From Candidatus Binatia bacterium (GTDB lineage: Bacteria > Desulfobacterota > Binatia > Bin18), in NCBI GenBank assembly GCA_963664395.2, contig OY761159.2, positions 1,120,001 through 1,184,000 of the forward strand: 64,000 nt of DNA, read 5' to 3'. A model generated the notes under the pieces. That model had not been told where the DNA came from. It did no database searches and saw nothing but the letters and a program-made list of their open reading frames with translations. Position numbers and translations under genes: made by a program. This document shows positions 38,319 to 48,864 of the stretch, piece by piece; position 1 is the stretch's first letter; each line of letters begins with the position of its first letter.

Positions 38319-38921
38319 ATGAAAAAAGTAGGCGGGGTACTGGCCTGGCATCCCGAAGTGGCCATGACCCAAGACGAGATCGACGATTTTCTGTCCGGGC
38401 GCTGGGTTGTGCGCCTGGCAACGCTTGCGCGGGACGGATATCCGCACGTGACGCCGCTGTGGTACTACTGGGATGGCCAGTGTCTGTATCTCGCCCTGAC
38501 CCGGAATCGACGCGCCTTCAAACACCTCAACCGAGACCCGCGCTGCTCGGCTGCCATTGATATGGACGACCGACCGCTTATGGGTATGCGCACCAATCTG
38601 GCCAAGGCGGTGGTGATCAAAGGCGATGCCGAAATGGTAGAGCTTGGCTCGGGTCAAACCGTGCGCATCGAAGCCGGCCCGTGGCAGGGTGAGCATACGC
38701 CGGAGCAAGTGCTTGCCCTGCTTGGTAGCCGCTATAGCCTCTCGGCCCGTGACGGCGCCCTCGGCTTCAGTCACGAGTCGTTTGGCGAGGTCTTCGCGCG
38801 GCCGGAGGGACGAGACAGCCAGCTCTTTAAGGACAACGAAGGCCGCGTCATCACAAAAATTCGACCTCAAAAGATCCAAGCCTGGGACTTCTCGAAAGCA
38901 CCTATGGGCTATGTAGAGTGA
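38319..38921 (+). CDS. pyridoxamine 5'-phosphate oxidase-like split-barrel protein
   Basis: MTQDEIDDFL, RLATL..DGYPHVTPLWY, RDPR, AWDFSK. Confidence 0.85.
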   Translation: MKKVGGVLAWHPEVAMTQDEIDDFLSGRWVVRLATLARDGYPHVTPLWYYWDGQCLYLALTRNRRAFKHLNRDPRCSAAIDMDDRPLMGMRTNLAKAVVIKGDAEMVELGSGQTVRIEAGPWQGEHTPEQVLALLGSRYSLSARDGALGFSHESFGEVFARPEGRDSQLFKDNEGRVITKIRPQKIQAWDFSKAPMGYVE

Positions 38922-38939
38922 AGCGCAAGGAGACACGGC

Positions 38940-39848
38940 ATGACACGTTCTTTCACTGTTGCGGCGGCCCAGCTCGGGCCGAGTTCCAACACCAAGGCCC
39001 AGACCGTCGAACGCATGGTCGCACTGATTCAAGAAGCCGGACGGCGCGACGTCGAACTGCTGACCTTTTCCGAACTGTCCCTGACCCCATATTTTGCCAC
39101 GCGGGTGCACGCAGCCTGGCAGGATTTCCCCGAAGACGGTCTGCCTTCAGCCGTGACCCAGCCCCTTTTTGAGGCCGGGCGTCAGGCGGAATTACACTGG
39201 ATCTTTCCCTTTGCAGAGCGCGAAAACGGCCAAGTTTATAATACGGCGGTGCTCATTGATCCGGCGGGAATAATTGTCCAGAAATACCGCAAGGCCCATA
39301 TTCCCGGTGTAGTCGAGCCGCGGGGGCAGGAGCTCGATATTTTTGAAAAGCGCTATTTTACGGAAGGGAATCTGGGCTTTCCCGTGACGGCTTTGCGGAC
39401 CGGCGAGTCGGCCAAGCTTGGTATGCTCATCTGTTATGACCGGCGGTTCTCAGAGGCATATCGGGCGCTCGCGCTCGACGGGGCTGAGCTGATCTGCATT
39501 CCCTACAATACACCCACGTTTGGCCGCCCCCCAAAAGAAGGCCATGAAACCGCTGAAATTCTCCTGCGTGCCGCCGCCATAGAGAATCAGGTCTTTATTG
39601 TCGCGGCCGGAAAGGCCGGCGTTGAAGACGGCGTCGAGTATATCGGGGGCAGTGAGGTCATCTCCCCTGAAGGCAAAGTATTGGCCAAAGCCCAGACCGA
39701 CGGAGATGAACTGGTCGTCACCACGATTGACCTGGACGCGCTCACAAAACTCAAAGCCCGCTGGGATTTCATGCCGGACCGCCGGCCGGAGCTGTATCAA
39801 ACCCTTGCCGACAAGGACCGTACCGCCGTTGCGTCAACGGGAAAATGA
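38940..39848 (+). CDS. N-carbamoyl-amino-acid amidohydrolase (nitrilase family)
   Basis: AAAQLGP, FSELSLT, KYRKAHIPG, EKRYF..GNLGFPV, LICYDRRF (E-K-C triad). Confidence 0.88.
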   Translation: MTRSFTVAAAQLGPSSNTKAQTVERMVALIQEAGRRDVELLTFSELSLTPYFATRVHAAWQDFPEDGLPSAVTQPLFEAGRQAELHWIFPFAERENGQVYNTAVLIDPAGIIVQKYRKAHIPGVVEPRGQELDIFEKRYFTEGNLGFPVTALRTGESAKLGMLICYDRRFSEAYRALALDGAELICIPYNTPTFGRPPKEGHETAEILLRAAAIENQVFIVAAGKAGVEDGVEYIGGSEVISPEGKVLAKAQTDGDELVVTTIDLDALTKLKARWDFMPDRRPELYQTLADKDRTAVASTGK

Positions 39849-39895
39849 AGCCATCATCATTCGCGCCCGCGTGTAAAAAAGTGGAAGAAACGACG

Positions 39896-40915
39896 ATGCA
39901 AGCCGAGCAGAACACATCCGACCGCCGAGCGCGCCGGCCCGTGGCTGACGAAGACATCCCGATCCTCGACCTTGGTCCATTCCTCGCGGGCGAATCCGGA
40001 GCGGCCGAAAAGACTGCGGCGGAACTCCGCTCCGCGCTCGAACAGATCGGCTTCTTCTATATTCTGAACCACGGCGTTCCCGAAAATCTGCGAGACCATC
40101 TGATTGAGCAAACCGCGGCGTTCTACCGCCTGCCGCTTGAGCGGAAGCTGCCGCTCAAGATAAATGCCTACGGGGTCGGCTATGTACCCAGGCGGGGCGA
40201 GTTGCTCAAAACCTCGCCGTATTACACCGGCACGAAAAAACCCGATGTGTGTGAAGTCCTGATTTTACAACGCGACTGGGGACCGGGCTCGGAAACACGA
40301 CACAACCCGTGGCCAGACCATCTGCCGCTGTTTCGGCAGGCGGTTCAGGATTTTTTTGAAGCCGCGGAGGACTTGGCGATTCAGATGCTACCCCTGTACG
40401 CCTTGGCGCTCGGGCTTGAGCGCGACTTCTTTGCGCACAAGTTTCGCAAATATAAAGCCCTCAACGCCCTGCGGGTTTCGTATATGCCGCCAGATAGGCT
40501 GGATGACGACGAGTTCAACGTCGGCCCGCATACGGACGGTTCCTTCATGACTCTGCTGGCAACCTCGGATCAGCTCGGCCTGGAAATTCTGTCGCCGTTT
40601 GGTCGGTGGCTGAAGATGCCGCTCATTCCCAACGCCTTTGTGGTCAACGCGGGAGACCTGCTCACTCGTTGGTCCAACGGGCGGGTCCGGTCCACACCGC
40701 ACCGGGTCATCAACACCTCAGGGGTGGACCGCTATTCGATCCCCCTCTTTGTGCAGCCCACGGCGAACACGATCATTGACTGTCTGCCAACCTGCTGCGG
40801 CCCGGACAATCCGCCCCAAGAGCCGCCTATCGCCTGTGTCGATTACCTCCGGTGGTTTATGGAACAGAATTTCGCTCTGGGAGAGCGCAGCTACGACAGG
40901 CCGGAGTCGGCATAG
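39896..40915 (+). CDS. 2-oxoglutarate/Fe(II) dioxygenase (IPNS-like)
   Basis: IPILDL, GFFYILNHGV, HTD, NAGDLL.RWSNG..RSTPHRV, RYSIP. Confidence 0.92.
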   Translation: MQAEQNTSDRRARRPVADEDIPILDLGPFLAGESGAAEKTAAELRSALEQIGFFYILNHGVPENLRDHLIEQTAAFYRLPLERKLPLKINAYGVGYVPRRGELLKTSPYYTGTKKPDVCEVLILQRDWGPGSETRHNPWPDHLPLFRQAVQDFFEAAEDLAIQMLPLYALALGLERDFFAHKFRKYKALNALRVSYMPPDRLDDDEFNVGPHTDGSFMTLLATSDQLGLEILSPFGRWLKMPLIPNAFVVNAGDLLTRWSNGRVRSTPHRVINTSGVDRYSIPLFVQPTANTIIDCLPTCCGPDNPPQEPPIACVDYLRWFMEQNFALGERSYDRPESA

Positions 40916-40950
40916 GTCACTCAGGAAAGGGACAGACTTCCGCTACCATC

Positions 40951-41268
40951 ATGACTCATACCCCCATCGGACGACTGCGTCGGGTCGGCATTCTGGAAGG
41001 TGTCTCTTTTCTCGTGCTGCTCGGTATCGCCATGCCGCTCAAATATCTGTGGGGACAGCCGCTGGCGGTGCGGATTGTCGGTTTGATTCACGGCGTCCTG
41101 TTTCTTTGGTTTTGCGGCGTATTGCTCACCGCAAAAGACGCGGCCGGCTGGGACCTGAAAAAAGCCGGTCGAATTCTCGTTGCCGCGCTGTTGCCTTTTG
41201 GACCCTTTGTGATTGATAGTGGCTTGCGGAGAGAGGATGAGGCGTTGAGAGGAAAAACACCGGACTAG
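40951..41268 (+). CDS. DUF3817 membrane protein
   Basis: EGVSFLVLLGIAMPLKY, G.IHGVLF, LPFGPF. Confidence 0.88.
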   Translation: MTHTPIGRLRRVGILEGVSFLVLLGIAMPLKYLWGQPLAVRIVGLIHGVLFLWFCGVLLTAKDAAGWDLKKAGRILVAALLPFGPFVIDSGLRREDEALRGKTPD

Positions 41269-41282
41269 GAAAGGAAAGAGCT

Positions 41283-42150
41283 ATGCAAACAATCAGTAAA
41301 GAACACATTGTCCGTACTTTTGATGCGACCCATCCGCCGGCCGGCCCGCGTCCAGCCGGGAGAAGTCTTTGTCATGGAAACCAACGATCGCTTCCGTGAT
41401 TGGAACGATGGCAGTCAGTGGCCGATGGAGCAGCTTTCCGTTATGACCGGACCCGTGTGTATCGAAGGCGCCCAGCCCGGCCACACACTGGCAGTCGAAA
41501 TTCTGGATATCCGTCCCACTCAGGGCTTTGGCTATGTGGTTGCGATTCCGGGCTATGGGTTGCTCAAGGACCAGGTCGAGTTCTGCAAAAAGGTTGTGCC
41601 GATCGAGGGCAATCGTATTCGCTACAACGACACGATCAGCCTGCCGTTTATTCCCAACGTCAGTAAAATTGGTCTTGCTCCTGCCGATGGAGCCCTGCCC
41701 AGTAACGCGGTCGGTGCTTTTGGGGGTCAACTCAGCAATGGTCAGTTGGGCCCCGGTTCAACTGTTTTCTTGCCGGTGAGTGTCGAGGGCGGGATGCTGA
41801 CAATCGAAGATGTCCACGCCAAAATGGGCGATGGCGAGGCCACGGCTTCGGCGGTTGAAATCGCGGCGGAAGTGACGCTACGCTGTCGTGTCGCGACCGA
41901 ATTTCCGTTGCAGCGACCGCTGGTGATCACGCAAGATGAAGTCCTCACCATGGGCGACGGGGAGACGGCCGAAGTCGCCGCCCGTCAGGCCCTGGAAGAC
42001 CTGTCTCAGCTCTTAGTGGAGCGTGCCGGGGTCAACCAAACAGAGGCCGCTATGCTGGCCAGCGTGGCCGCCGACCTGCGCATTTCAGAAATGGCGGGCT
42101 CCCCGTGTCATGTGCGGGCCGCAATAGACCGGGCCATTCTCAATTTATAA
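41283..42150 (+). CDS. acetamidase/formamidase family protein, with a +1 frameshift near 41343
   Basis: RBS + ATG 41283 gives MQTISKEHIVRTFDATHPPA; one extra G shifts to ARVQPGE..TGPV.IEGAQPG..DVHA.MGDGE. Confidence 0.8.
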
Positions 42151-42171
42151 GTATCCGACCCAACCGCTTCC

Positions 42172-42477
42172 TCAGCCCTGGGGCGGTGTGAATGCCGGCG
42201 CCATCACGGCGCTGGCATTGGTCGTAATCGCCAGACGGATATCTTTGACCGGCTTGTACTCCGGGTCATCCATAAAGTCCTGGATTGCATGCTCGGAAGG
42301 GAATTTGATCACCACTACACCCTTGGCGGGCTCACCCTGGAGTGGTGTCGCGTTAAAGTCGGCCACCACGACTTCGGCCTTATACTTGGCCAGAAAAGGC
42401 AATACTCCGGGGATGTACTCTTTCTGGTATCGCTCTGGATCTGTAATCGTCTGGGTCAAAATAAAATAGGCTGACAT
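42172..42477 (-). CDS. DUF1330 domain protein
   Basis: MSAY..., DPERY..Y, VVVIKFPS...., PEY; RBS AAGGAGG. Confidence 0.85.
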   Translation of the reverse strand: MSAYFILTQTITDPERYQKEYIPGVLPFLAKYKAEVVVADFNATPLQGEPAKGVVVIKFPSEHAIQDFMDDPEYKPVKDIRLAITTNASAVMAPAFTPPQG

Positions 42478-42479
42478 CG

Positions 42480-43115
42480 TTATCCTCCTTGAATAGTGTT
42501 TCCCTCTTTTGGGGCCTGCCCGAACGAGCCGCTGCCGGAGTCCAGAAACGCCTGCTCTTCCGGTGTGGACGTTCGTCCGAGCAGGACGTTGCGGTGCGGG
42601 AAGCGACCGAAGCGCTGAATAATAGACAGATGCTTGCGGGCCGAGCCCTGAAAATCCTCGATCAGTGCGGTCCACTCTGGGGGAGCAGTCGCCAGCACGG
42701 TATCGCCTCGACGCACCGCTTCCGCCTGGAGGGCCAGGTCCTCAGCGTGCTGGAACGGCATCAAACAAAACAGTTGCTCCAGCACGCTCAAAGAGGCAGG
42801 AAAGGCGCGCTCAAAGCCGCGCCGGGTGACGTGTTGCGCCAACGGGTCGGCCGCAAAGGCCGCGGCCGTGCCGCGATAGAGATTACGCGGCAACTGATCG
42901 AGGGCGAGAATCAGCGCCAGCCACCCGCGGGGGCGGGATTCCCAGGACGCCAATCCGCCGGACCGGGCCTGCCTGACGAGATCGGCAAAGCGGGTGCGGA
43001 TGACGGCATCGGTTTCGGGTGTAGCCTGAAACCAAAAAGGATAACGCTCTTCGGCCTTGTGCGCGTCCGAAGCCGCATCGGCGAACCAGAACTGGAGCAG
43101 TTGTTCGGGGTCCAT
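42480..43115 (-). CDS. DUF924 family protein
   Basis: LQFWF, LALILALDQLPRN.YRG, MPFQHAE, RFGRFPHRN..LGR.ST.EE..FL. Confidence 0.92.
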   Translation of the reverse strand: MDPEQLLQFWFADAASDAHKAEERYPFWFQATPETDAVIRTRFADLVRQARSGGLASWESRPRGWLALILALDQLPRNLYRGTAAAFAADPLAQHVTRRGFERAFPASLSVLEQLFCLMPFQHAEDLALQAEAVRRGDTVLATAPPEWTALIEDFQGSARKHLSIIQRFGRFPHRNVLLGRTSTPEEQAFLDSGSGSFGQAPKEGNTIQGG

Positions 43116-43135
43116 AGGCGTCCGGGTTATCCACT

Positions 43136-43789
43136 TTACTGGAGAATTCTGACGGCCTCACCGTCTTGAACCAGCACGGTCGGGGCCATCCCCACAAACA
43201 GTCCGGTGCCCACGACGCCGGGGATCGACAGAATTTTTTGTTCAAATTCGGCAGGCTTGGCAATCGGACCGATTGCGCAGTCAATAATGGCGTTGCCGTT
43301 ATCGGAGACAAACGCACCCGATTCGGTCTGCCGCGGGGTTGGCTCGCAGGACAAGGCGCGCAGACGCCGACAGCAGGCCGCGACCCCAAACGGCACGACT
43401 TCAACTGGCAGCCTGCCCCGCTCTCCGAGCACGGACACCAGCTTTTCAGTGCCCACCAGAACGATGAATTTTTCGGCCGCGGCAGCTACTATTTTCTCGC
43501 GTACCATGGCACCGCCATAGCCTTTGATGAGGTTCAGGCTGAGATCAACCTCGTCTGCACCATCAACGGCAATATCAATGATATCGACTGCGTCAAAAGT
43601 CGTGAGGGGAATGCCAAGCTCCTGGGCGAGAGCCATCGTTACTTGAGATGTTGGGAGCCCACGAATACGTAAGCCGGCGCGCACCCGGGCGCCAAGCGCA
43701 CGCACGAAGGCGGTCGCGGCCCGGCCCGTGCCCAGGCCGACGACATCTCCGTCTTTCACAAATTCGAGCGCGCGTTCAGCGATAGTCAT
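43136..43789 (-). CDS. rpiA: ribose-5-phosphate isomerase A
   Basis: VGLGTG, DGADEVD, LIKGYGGA..REKIVA, PVEV, SDNGN, GVV..GLF. Confidence 0.95.
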   Translation of the reverse strand: MTIAERALEFVKDGDVVGLGTGRAATAFVRALGARVRAGLRIRGLPTSQVTMALAQELGIPLTTFDAVDIIDIAVDGADEVDLSLNLIKGYGGAMVREKIVAAAAEKFIVLVGTEKLVSVLGERGRLPVEVVPFGVAACCRRLRALSCEPTPRQTESGAFVSDNGNAIIDCAIGPIAKPAEFEQKILSIPGVVGTGLFVGMAPTVLVQDGEAVRILQ

Positions 43790-43818
43790 GCCTTGCTCTG
43801 CTGTGTCAGGAGAAACCC

Positions 43819-46800
43819 CTAGGCCAGGGCTTGCGTAATGGTCTCGCGCAAGGTTTGCAAGCCCGCGTGTACGTCTGGTCCGAGATGCACCCGCAGCGCT
43901 CGCCGTCCCCGTTCGGCCAGGACCTCAAGGTCGCCTTGGGCTTGGAAGCGTTTCAGGGTGCCAAAACTGTAGCGTTGGTCCGGGATGGCCAGGTCGTTGG
44001 CATCATCTGACGTAATCTGCAAAAAAACGCCGGAGTTTGGGCCACCCTTATGCAGTTGGCCGGTAGAATGCAGAAAGCGTGGGCCAAAACCGAGGGTGGT
44101 GGCCACTTTCTTCGCGTCCCGCACGGCGTGCCGCATGGCTTGCAGTTCGGCGCGGGTTTCCTCGTTCATGGCAACATAGGCGTTGATGGCAAAATAATCG
44201 CCAGCCTGAATACGTCCGAGATGAGCGCCAAGACACGCCACCGCGTCGGATGCCGTTGCGCGCAGGGTTTCAGTATTTGCGGAATCTGAGAAGAAACGCA
44301 GACCCCGGTCTTCTAAAAACGGTATTTCGTCCGGCAATTGACCGGTCTCTTCAAACGCCGCGGTCAGCTGTTGGGTTGCCCTTTTACTGGCTTCCACGTC
44401 GGGCTGGTTAAACGCATGAATCCCGAGCAGAGAGCCGGCCACGGCGGTAGCCATTTCCCAACGGAAAAATTCCTGACCAAGGCTGAGCGTATCTTCGAGA
44501 CTGATACGCACAACCGGCTGGCCGGCTTTGTCCAGCGCGTCCAGCGCCGCATCCTGTTCAGCCGAAGGCACACTGTTGAGTCGAATATAGATAAAGAGCC
44601 GGTCACTCCCGTAGGCGGCGGGCGGGCCCAGGGTCTCTGCGTCAACCGGAATAAGTCCGCGCCCCTCCTTGCCGGTCGATTCTGCGATGAGTTGCTCAAG
44701 CCACGCCCCCAAGGCGCTAATGCCCGGCGAGGCCACAATGGTCACTTTGTCTCGGCCGTGTTGCGCCAGGGTTCCCATAATCGTCCCCAGCGTGACACCG
44801 GGATTGACCTCGGGCGGAACACTCGTCGAGCAGGCTTGGACCATCAGGGCGGCACTGTCCAGAAAGCGCTGGACATCTATTCCCATGATGGCGGCCGGGA
44901 CCATGCCAAAAATTCGACAGGGCCGAATACCGGCCGCCAATGCTTGGCAGCCCCGGAAAGATGGAGCGGAACTGGCGCTGTTGGGCGAGCTGTTGGAGCG
45001 GCTGGCGGGGTCAGTAATCGCAATAAATCGCGCGCCGGCTTTGTCCGCGCCAATAGCCTGGGCGGGACCATGCCAAAATTCGACAGGGCCGAATACCGGC
45101 CGCCAATGCTTGGCAGCCCCGGAAAGATGGAGCGGAACTGGCGCTGTTGGGCGAGCTGTTGGAGCGGGCTGGCGGGGTCAGTAATCGCAATAAATCGCGC
45201 GCCGGCTTTGTCCGCGCCAATAGCCTGGGCAACCTTGTCAAAGAAGTACTGCCTCAAGACATTCGGCTCAGTCGTCCCACCCGACTTTGAAGAGATAATA
45301 AACAGCGTCCTGCTTGGGTCAATCTTTTGCGCACACGCTTCGACCTGGGCCGGCACTGTCGAGTCAAGAACCAGCAGTTCAGGACAGCCCCCAATAACGC
45401 CAAAGGTACGTTTCAAGACCTCCGGGCACAAACTCGAGCCGCCCATGCCAAGCAGGAGGACATGCTGAAAATCGCCAGCCCTGATCTCTTCGGCTATCTG
45501 GGTGAGGTGGCTCGTGTTTCTCCGCTGCTCGTCCACAATATCGAGCCAACCGAGCCACTCGCCCTCGTCCCTCCCCGACCAGAGCCCAGAGTCCTTTTGC
45601 CATAAGCGCCGGACTTTCCCCTGTGTCCGCCAGTCTTTCAAACTGGCTTCGACGAGAGCGGAAGCACCGGCCAGACTATACGTCTGCTGAGCCAGTTCAG
45701 TGCCCAGCATGGCTTGGCGCTTGCGCTCGATTGAGCCGAGCAGAGCGTCAAACGGCTCAACAAATTTACGCACGGCTTCATCCAGGAGTTGGTTGGTTGC
45801 ATTTTCAAGCGATACCCCAACCTCAGCCAGGGTTTGGATGATGGTACGCGCGCCGGCTAAATTTTCTTCCCAGTTGTTGGTCAGCCTTGACTCGGCCCGG
45901 CCCCCATCACGGAAGGCCGTAAAGGTTTCAGCCGGCATGGTATTGACCGTGTCCGGTCCAATCAGTTCGTCAACGTAGAGCGTTTTGGAATAGTGCGGAT
46001 TTTTCGTACTCGTACTTGCCCATAAGAGTCGTTGGGGCCGAGCGCCGTTCGCTTCGAGAGCATGCCAGCGTTCACTGGCCATCAGGTTTTTATACGCGGC
46101 GTAGGCAATTTTTGCATTCGCAATAGCGACTTTTCCGAGCAGGTTTTCAATCTTGGCCTTTTGCTCGGCGCTGTCTGCGGCCTCAATGGCCTGGCTGAGT
46201 TTTTCGTCGATCAGGGTGTCGATGCGACTGATAAAAAAGCTGGCCACACTCGCCACTGTGCTCAGGTCCCCACCCCTTTGAGAGAGTTGCTCCAAGCCGT
46301 CCAAATACGCCTCGGCGACCGCTTCATACGCTTCAACCGCAAAGAGTAGGGTCACATTGATATTGATCCCCTCGCCGATTAACTGGGCGATGGCCGGCGC
46401 GCCGGCTTGGGTGGCCGGCACCTTAATCATGACATTGGCCCGATCAACCATTGTGTACAAACGCCGGGCTTCTTCGAGGGTCGCCTGGGTGTCATGGGCC
46501 AGATAGGGAGAGACCTCAAGGCTGACATAGCCGTCTTTGCCCTCGGTTTTCCGATAGACCTCAAACAGCACGTCCGCGGCCAGCCGGATGTCCTGGATCG
46601 CCAGACGCTCATACACGTCTATGGCTGACCCCACCCCCTGTTCGACCAGGGCCTGCATGGGTTGATCGTAATCGGCACTGCCCGTCAGCGCCTTCTCAAA
46701 AATAGCCGGATTCGACGTCATGCCGAGCAAGCCGTCATGCTCGACCATGGCCTGGAGATCACCAGAAGTGATAAGGCTGCGCTGGATATTGTCATACCAG

Positions 46801-46844
46801 ATACTTTGACCCAATTGCTGGACAGCAACCAATGGATTTTCCAT
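43819..46844 (-). CDS. tal-pgi: bifunctional transaldolase/phosphoglucose isomerase, interrupted by a 167-bp tandem duplication
   Basis: TSNPAIFEKA, VMIKVPAT, QRLLWAST; GMGGSSL, SKSGGT.E, GGRYSALS, FNQPDVE, GPRFLHSTGQ; removing one repeat copy gives a single 952-aa frame. Confidence 0.88.
44897..45230. repeat. 167-bp tandem duplication inside tal-pgi
   Basis: 44897-45063 and 45064-45230 differ only by two homopolymer indels (AAAAA/AAAA, GG/GGG). Confidence 0.92.
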
Positions 46845-46974
46845 GCTCTTCCTCGTCCTTCCCCTCACCCCAGGCACTCGTTCCTACCGGGTAGGGCCTG
46901 AATGGCATTGGCGATCTGCGCGACCCACCCTCTTCTAGCATAGCTCCTTTCTCGTCAGCAAAGGGGGCGGGGAT

Positions 46975-47010
46975 GTCGGCTTACGCTCCGCTAAGCTGAC
47001 CTACGGGACT
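46975..47010. repeat. GTAG-class REP-like palindrome, copy 4 (diverged)
   Basis: GTCGGCTTACGCTCCGCTAAGCTGACCTACGGGACT with compensatory stem changes. Confidence 0.7.
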
Positions 47011-47225
47011 TGGCAATATCCAGTCCCGATACTGCCTCTTGCATCTCGTTTCTCTCAATCGAAAACTCTCTGCCCATCCTGGGCTCCTCCAAACTCGGAT
47101 AGAAAGAGAAAACGGGAGGGACCATCTCATCGACCTGAGAAACTGGCCGTCCTAAATAGGCCATACGTGCAGTTCTTGACACGCGCGGTCGGGCTGTGGA
47201 CAAGATGTCCGCGCTCCCAGGGGGT

Positions 47226-47699
47226 TCAGTCGGAAATATCGGCTTGTGCGCCTGCGACCTGGGCGAGTCGGCTTTCCTGCTGCGAAACTGCCTGGGGACG
47301 GTCGCGCTCTGCATCGACGATGCAGAAAAAACCAAAGGGCTCATCGCCGTCGGCCAGAAACTGATGGGGGGTCCAGGGAGCAACGTACACGGTGTCAAGC
47401 GCCTGCATCTCCCGGGCTTGATCGTTCAGCACCACCCGCCCCTGTCCGCGTACCGCAATCACCACATGCGCATGGGCATGTTTCTCTAAACTGGAGTAGC
47501 CGCCCGGTTCGATTTCAAAATAGCGCAGATGGAAGCTGGTCGCTTCGGCCTGTTTGCCGACCAGAACCTGGCGGATAATGCTTTTCCATTCTCGTCCCGC
47601 TTCCTGCCCCTGCTTGTAGGCTTCGCATTCGACCTCGGACCAAGTATACGGATCGTGGTCTTTTTGAGAATGGATGAGACGGCTTTTGGGGGCAGACAT
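47226..47699 (-). CDS. cupin domain protein
   Basis: LRYFEIEPGGYSSLEKHAHAH, VAPWTPHQF, GFFCIVDAERDRP. Confidence 0.85.
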   Translation of the reverse strand: MSAPKSRLIHSQKDHDPYTWSEVECEAYKQGQEAGREWKSIIRQVLVGKQAEATSFHLRYFEIEPGGYSSLEKHAHAHVVIAVRGQGRVVLNDQAREMQALDTVYVAPWTPHQFLADGDEPFGFFCIVDAERDRPQAVSQQESRLAQVAGAQADISD

Positions 47700-47707
47700 G
47701 GCCTTCC

Positions 47708-48733
47708 TTAGGCAAACTCAATAATCGTCTTGAGGGAATCCCGCGCTTCAGACGCATTGCGATAGGCGTCGTGCAGTTTGTCAAATGGAAAACGATGGGT
47801 GATGAATTTCTCGGCAGTAATTACGCCTTCTTGAATCAAACGGAGCGCCTCGCGTGTATCGTTCGGTCCGCAGGAATAGCTGGGAATCAGCCGGACTTCA
47901 TTAAAATACAGATCGTTGGGCGAGATGGTCAGCCTGTCTTCAGGTTTACTGGCCGTAAACAGCACCACGCTTCCGCCTTTGGCCGCACAGCGCAGACCAA
48001 GCTGCATCGCTTCAATCGACCCTGGGCCGACTATCACGACTTCAGCCATCTCGCCCTTGGTATATTCACGCAGCGTGTCTTCGACATTCCCATCTCCTGG
48101 ATTCAGTGCAATATCAGCCCCAAGTTCAACCGCTTTCTCACATCGATACGGAACAAAGTCCGTCCCAACGATAGTGCGCGCGCCAGCATGTTTCGCCAGT
48201 GCGACATGCAACTGACCCATAATACCAAGTCCAATCACGAAGACACTTTCTCCAGGGAGAAAGCCCGAGCGCCGCATGGACTTGACCGCACAGGCCGTGG
48301 GTTCGATCAAAGAGCCCTCGGCAAACGACATATCTTCAGGCAGGCGTAAGGTATCGCCGGATAAATTATCTTTAGGTACGACAAAGTACTCAGCCATCCC
48401 GCCGGGAACAATCTTCGTCGCCCGCCACGTCCGGCACTGCACAAACTCTCCGCGTTGACACGCTCGGCACGAGAAACACGGCGCGTGATGATGGACGAAT
48501 ACCCGGTCGCCGGGCTGAAAGTCCGCCACTCCCTCGCCGACTTCAACAATTTCACCCGCGGGTTCATGCCCAAACACCAGCGGGGCCTTTTTCTTCATAT
48601 ACCAGCCCATCACATCGCCCGAGCAAATCCCGCACGCCCGAGTCTTCACTAATGCCTCGCCCGGTCCAACAGCGGGAATGGGGTCGTCTTCAAAACGAAT
48701 ATCGGTTGAGTCGTACAAACGAGCGACTTTCAT
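47708..48733 (-). CDS. zinc-dependent (MDR) sugar-alcohol dehydrogenase
   Basis: CGICSGD, GHEPAG, HHAPC..C..C.......C, EPTAC, GLGIMG. Confidence 0.9.
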   Translation of the reverse strand: MKVARLYDSTDIRFEDDPIPAVGPGEALVKTRACGICSGDVMGWYMKKKAPLVFGHEPAGEIVEVGEGVADFQPGDRVFVHHHAPCFSCRACQRGEFVQCRTWRATKIVPGGMAEYFVVPKDNLSGDTLRLPEDMSFAEGSLIEPTACAVKSMRRSGFLPGESVFVIGLGIMGQLHVALAKHAGARTIVGTDFVPYRCEKAVELGADIALNPGDGNVEDTLREYTKGEMAEVVIVGPGSIEAMQLGLRCAAKGGSVVLFTASKPEDRLTISPNDLYFNEVRLIPSYSCGPNDTREALRLIQEGVITAEKFITHRFPFDKLHDAYRNASEARDSLKTIIEFA

Positions 48734-48864
48734 GCTGGGCATAATGCTGAGAACTTCCTTTCTGCCGAGCGGACCTGAACCATTATGCCAGGCGAGGAAT
48801 TCACGGCAAGCCGGACTGAGTTCTTGTGAAATCACCCGCAAGGAAGGGAAGTTATACCTTTGAT

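Noticed and set aside
37071-39110. 679-aa minus-strand ORF
   Set aside because: Antisense shadow of three well-supported plus-strand genes in GC-rich DNA; no recognisable motifs.
44338-45468. 376-aa plus-strand ORF with an internal repeat
   Set aside because: Antisense to tal-pgi; its repeat is just the 167-bp duplication.
43819-46877. Separate tal and pgi genes, or a programmed frameshift
   Set aside because: The break lies inside the Pgi domain and is fully explained by the tandem duplication.
47011-47200. Gene fragment next to REP copy 4 (MGREFSIERNEMQ...)
   Set aside because: Too short and no family recognised.
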